Part shown: positions 63,102 through 64,000 of the stretch, piece after piece | Numbering within the stretch: the stretch's first letter is position 1 | How the letters are laid out: the number at the start of each line of letters is the position of its first letter | The notes under the pieces: model-generated | Databases searched by the model: none | What the model was told of the DNA's origin: nothing | What the model saw: the letters and a program-made list of their open reading frames with translations, nothing else | From: Felis catus | Lineage: Eukaryota | Length of the DNA stretch: 64,000 nucleotides | Direction of reading: 5' to 3' | Assembly (NCBI RefSeq): GCF_018350175.1 | Contig: NC_058373.1 | Location: 103,418,001-103,482,000, forward strand | Made by a program: the position numbers and the translations under genes

Positions 63102-63527
63102 TGCAGAGGGTGCGGTGATGCCCCGCCCAGATCACCACCTCCAGACCCACTGCTCTCACTCACTCTTCCTGTGTTGGAGGCTGACTGGTTTCAGCCAAGT
63201 CCCTCTCCAGGACTTGCTGTGAAGACAGCCACCTGGACCAAGGTCACATTCCCCTCTCAGAGGCAGCCCACATTCAGTGACTGGCCATGCGGGAATATTG
63301 AGGTCCAGTCCCCTTCACCCCAATTCAGGGCAACTCTGCAGAGCCAGCCCAGCCTCAGGGCTCCCTGGGGGAGGAGCTGAGACCATCTTTGTGCATGCAT
63401 GGCAGATAGGCTTCTCCCATTGCCAATCCTACCTCCCCCACTCTTCCATGGGCCGCACCCCCCAACAAATCACCTGTGTGCAATCTCCGTCTTAGGTTCT
63501 GTTTTCTCAAGACCCCACCTGAGATCA
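63102..63527 (+). mobile_element. ERVL 3' LTR (LTR16A-like)
   Basis: tgcagagggtgcggtgatgccccgcccagatc start, agtccctctccagga, caaggtcaca, ggcagcccacatt; preceded by a purine-rich tract. Confidence 0.85.
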
Positions 63528-63690
63528 TCGCCACATGTATTTTCATAACTGGCATTTTTATTTACGAAGCCCCGTATGACTTTTAGTCTGACAGACAGGC
63601 CAGTGTAAGCTAAGCCGATAGGAAACCAGAAAAAAAGAAAGGAGCTATTATTTGGTCTGTCACCTAATAATTCAGTGGTCAAGTCTTGTG

Positions 63691-63692
<2 letters not shown>

Positions 63693-63726
<34 letters not shown>
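63693..63726. repeat. (CA)n microsatellite
   Basis: Direct reading. Confidence 0.95.
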
Positions 63727-63729
<3 letters not shown>

Positions 63730-64000
63730 TGTGAAATTCAAATTCTTACAGCTTCTTACTGAAAAAAAAAAAAAAAAATAGAACAATCCACTTGGATGAA
63801 GCCAGCATTGTTGGAAATATCTCTTACCCTGCCACCAGCTCTGCGCTCTGCCCAGGGGCAGAGACTGATGGTTTCCAACAGGAAGGTCCAACCAGAGCCA
63901 GTTCCTAAGCCAATCAGAACAATCTCAGAATATGCATGAGATTTAGAATTAGGTTCTTAAGCTTAGTGGTTGCTGCTTAAGGAGCCACGGTTTTCTTAAG

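Noticed and set aside
1..64000. The many 60-150 aa ORFs in the track as host genes
   Set aside because: They are translations of SINEs (e.g. MAQSVK.PTSAQVMI, RQRETEHERGRG), microsatellites or low-information sequence. I recognise no host domain or chain of exons.
1..64000. CRISPR arrays, prokaryotic operons, mitochondrial insertions or snRNA pseudogenes
   Set aside because: None seen: no regularly spaced repeat-spacer structure, and the sequence is typical carnivore nuclear DNA.

Overview
Mammalian genomic DNA from a carnivore, most likely a felid: it carries about 20 tRNA-derived Can-SINEs of the SINEC_Fc type and felid-type L1 3' ends. I can support no host protein-coding exon, tRNA, rRNA or CRISPR feature, so the window reads as intergenic or deep intronic. 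Much of it is transposable-element derived: Can-SINEs (mostly with visible target-site duplications, TSDs), L1 fragments of several ages, MIR/L2, MaLR and ERVL LTRs, and hAT and Tigger DNA elements. Two degenerate proviruses are present: a class I ERV on the minus strand (about 54075-59156, with LTR, PBS-like site, splice donor and gag remnant) and a deleted ERVL (LTR16/ERV3-16A3-type) on the plus strand (about 61112-63527). The only meaningful ORFs in the track are L1 ORF1/ORF2 and ERV remnants. The most notable non-repeat signals are (1) a ~110-bp CpG-retaining imperfect palindrome at 59898-60008, (2) a symmetric MEIS/PBX-HOX/MEIS module at 16637-16668, and (3) an orphan CpG-rich hairpin block at about 26890-27170. 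Two L1s appear to carry 3' transductions. I find no convincing evidence of a new coding system. Repeat subfamily names come from recalled consensus sequences and need RepeatMasker/Dfam confirmation, and boundaries of old repeats are approximate.
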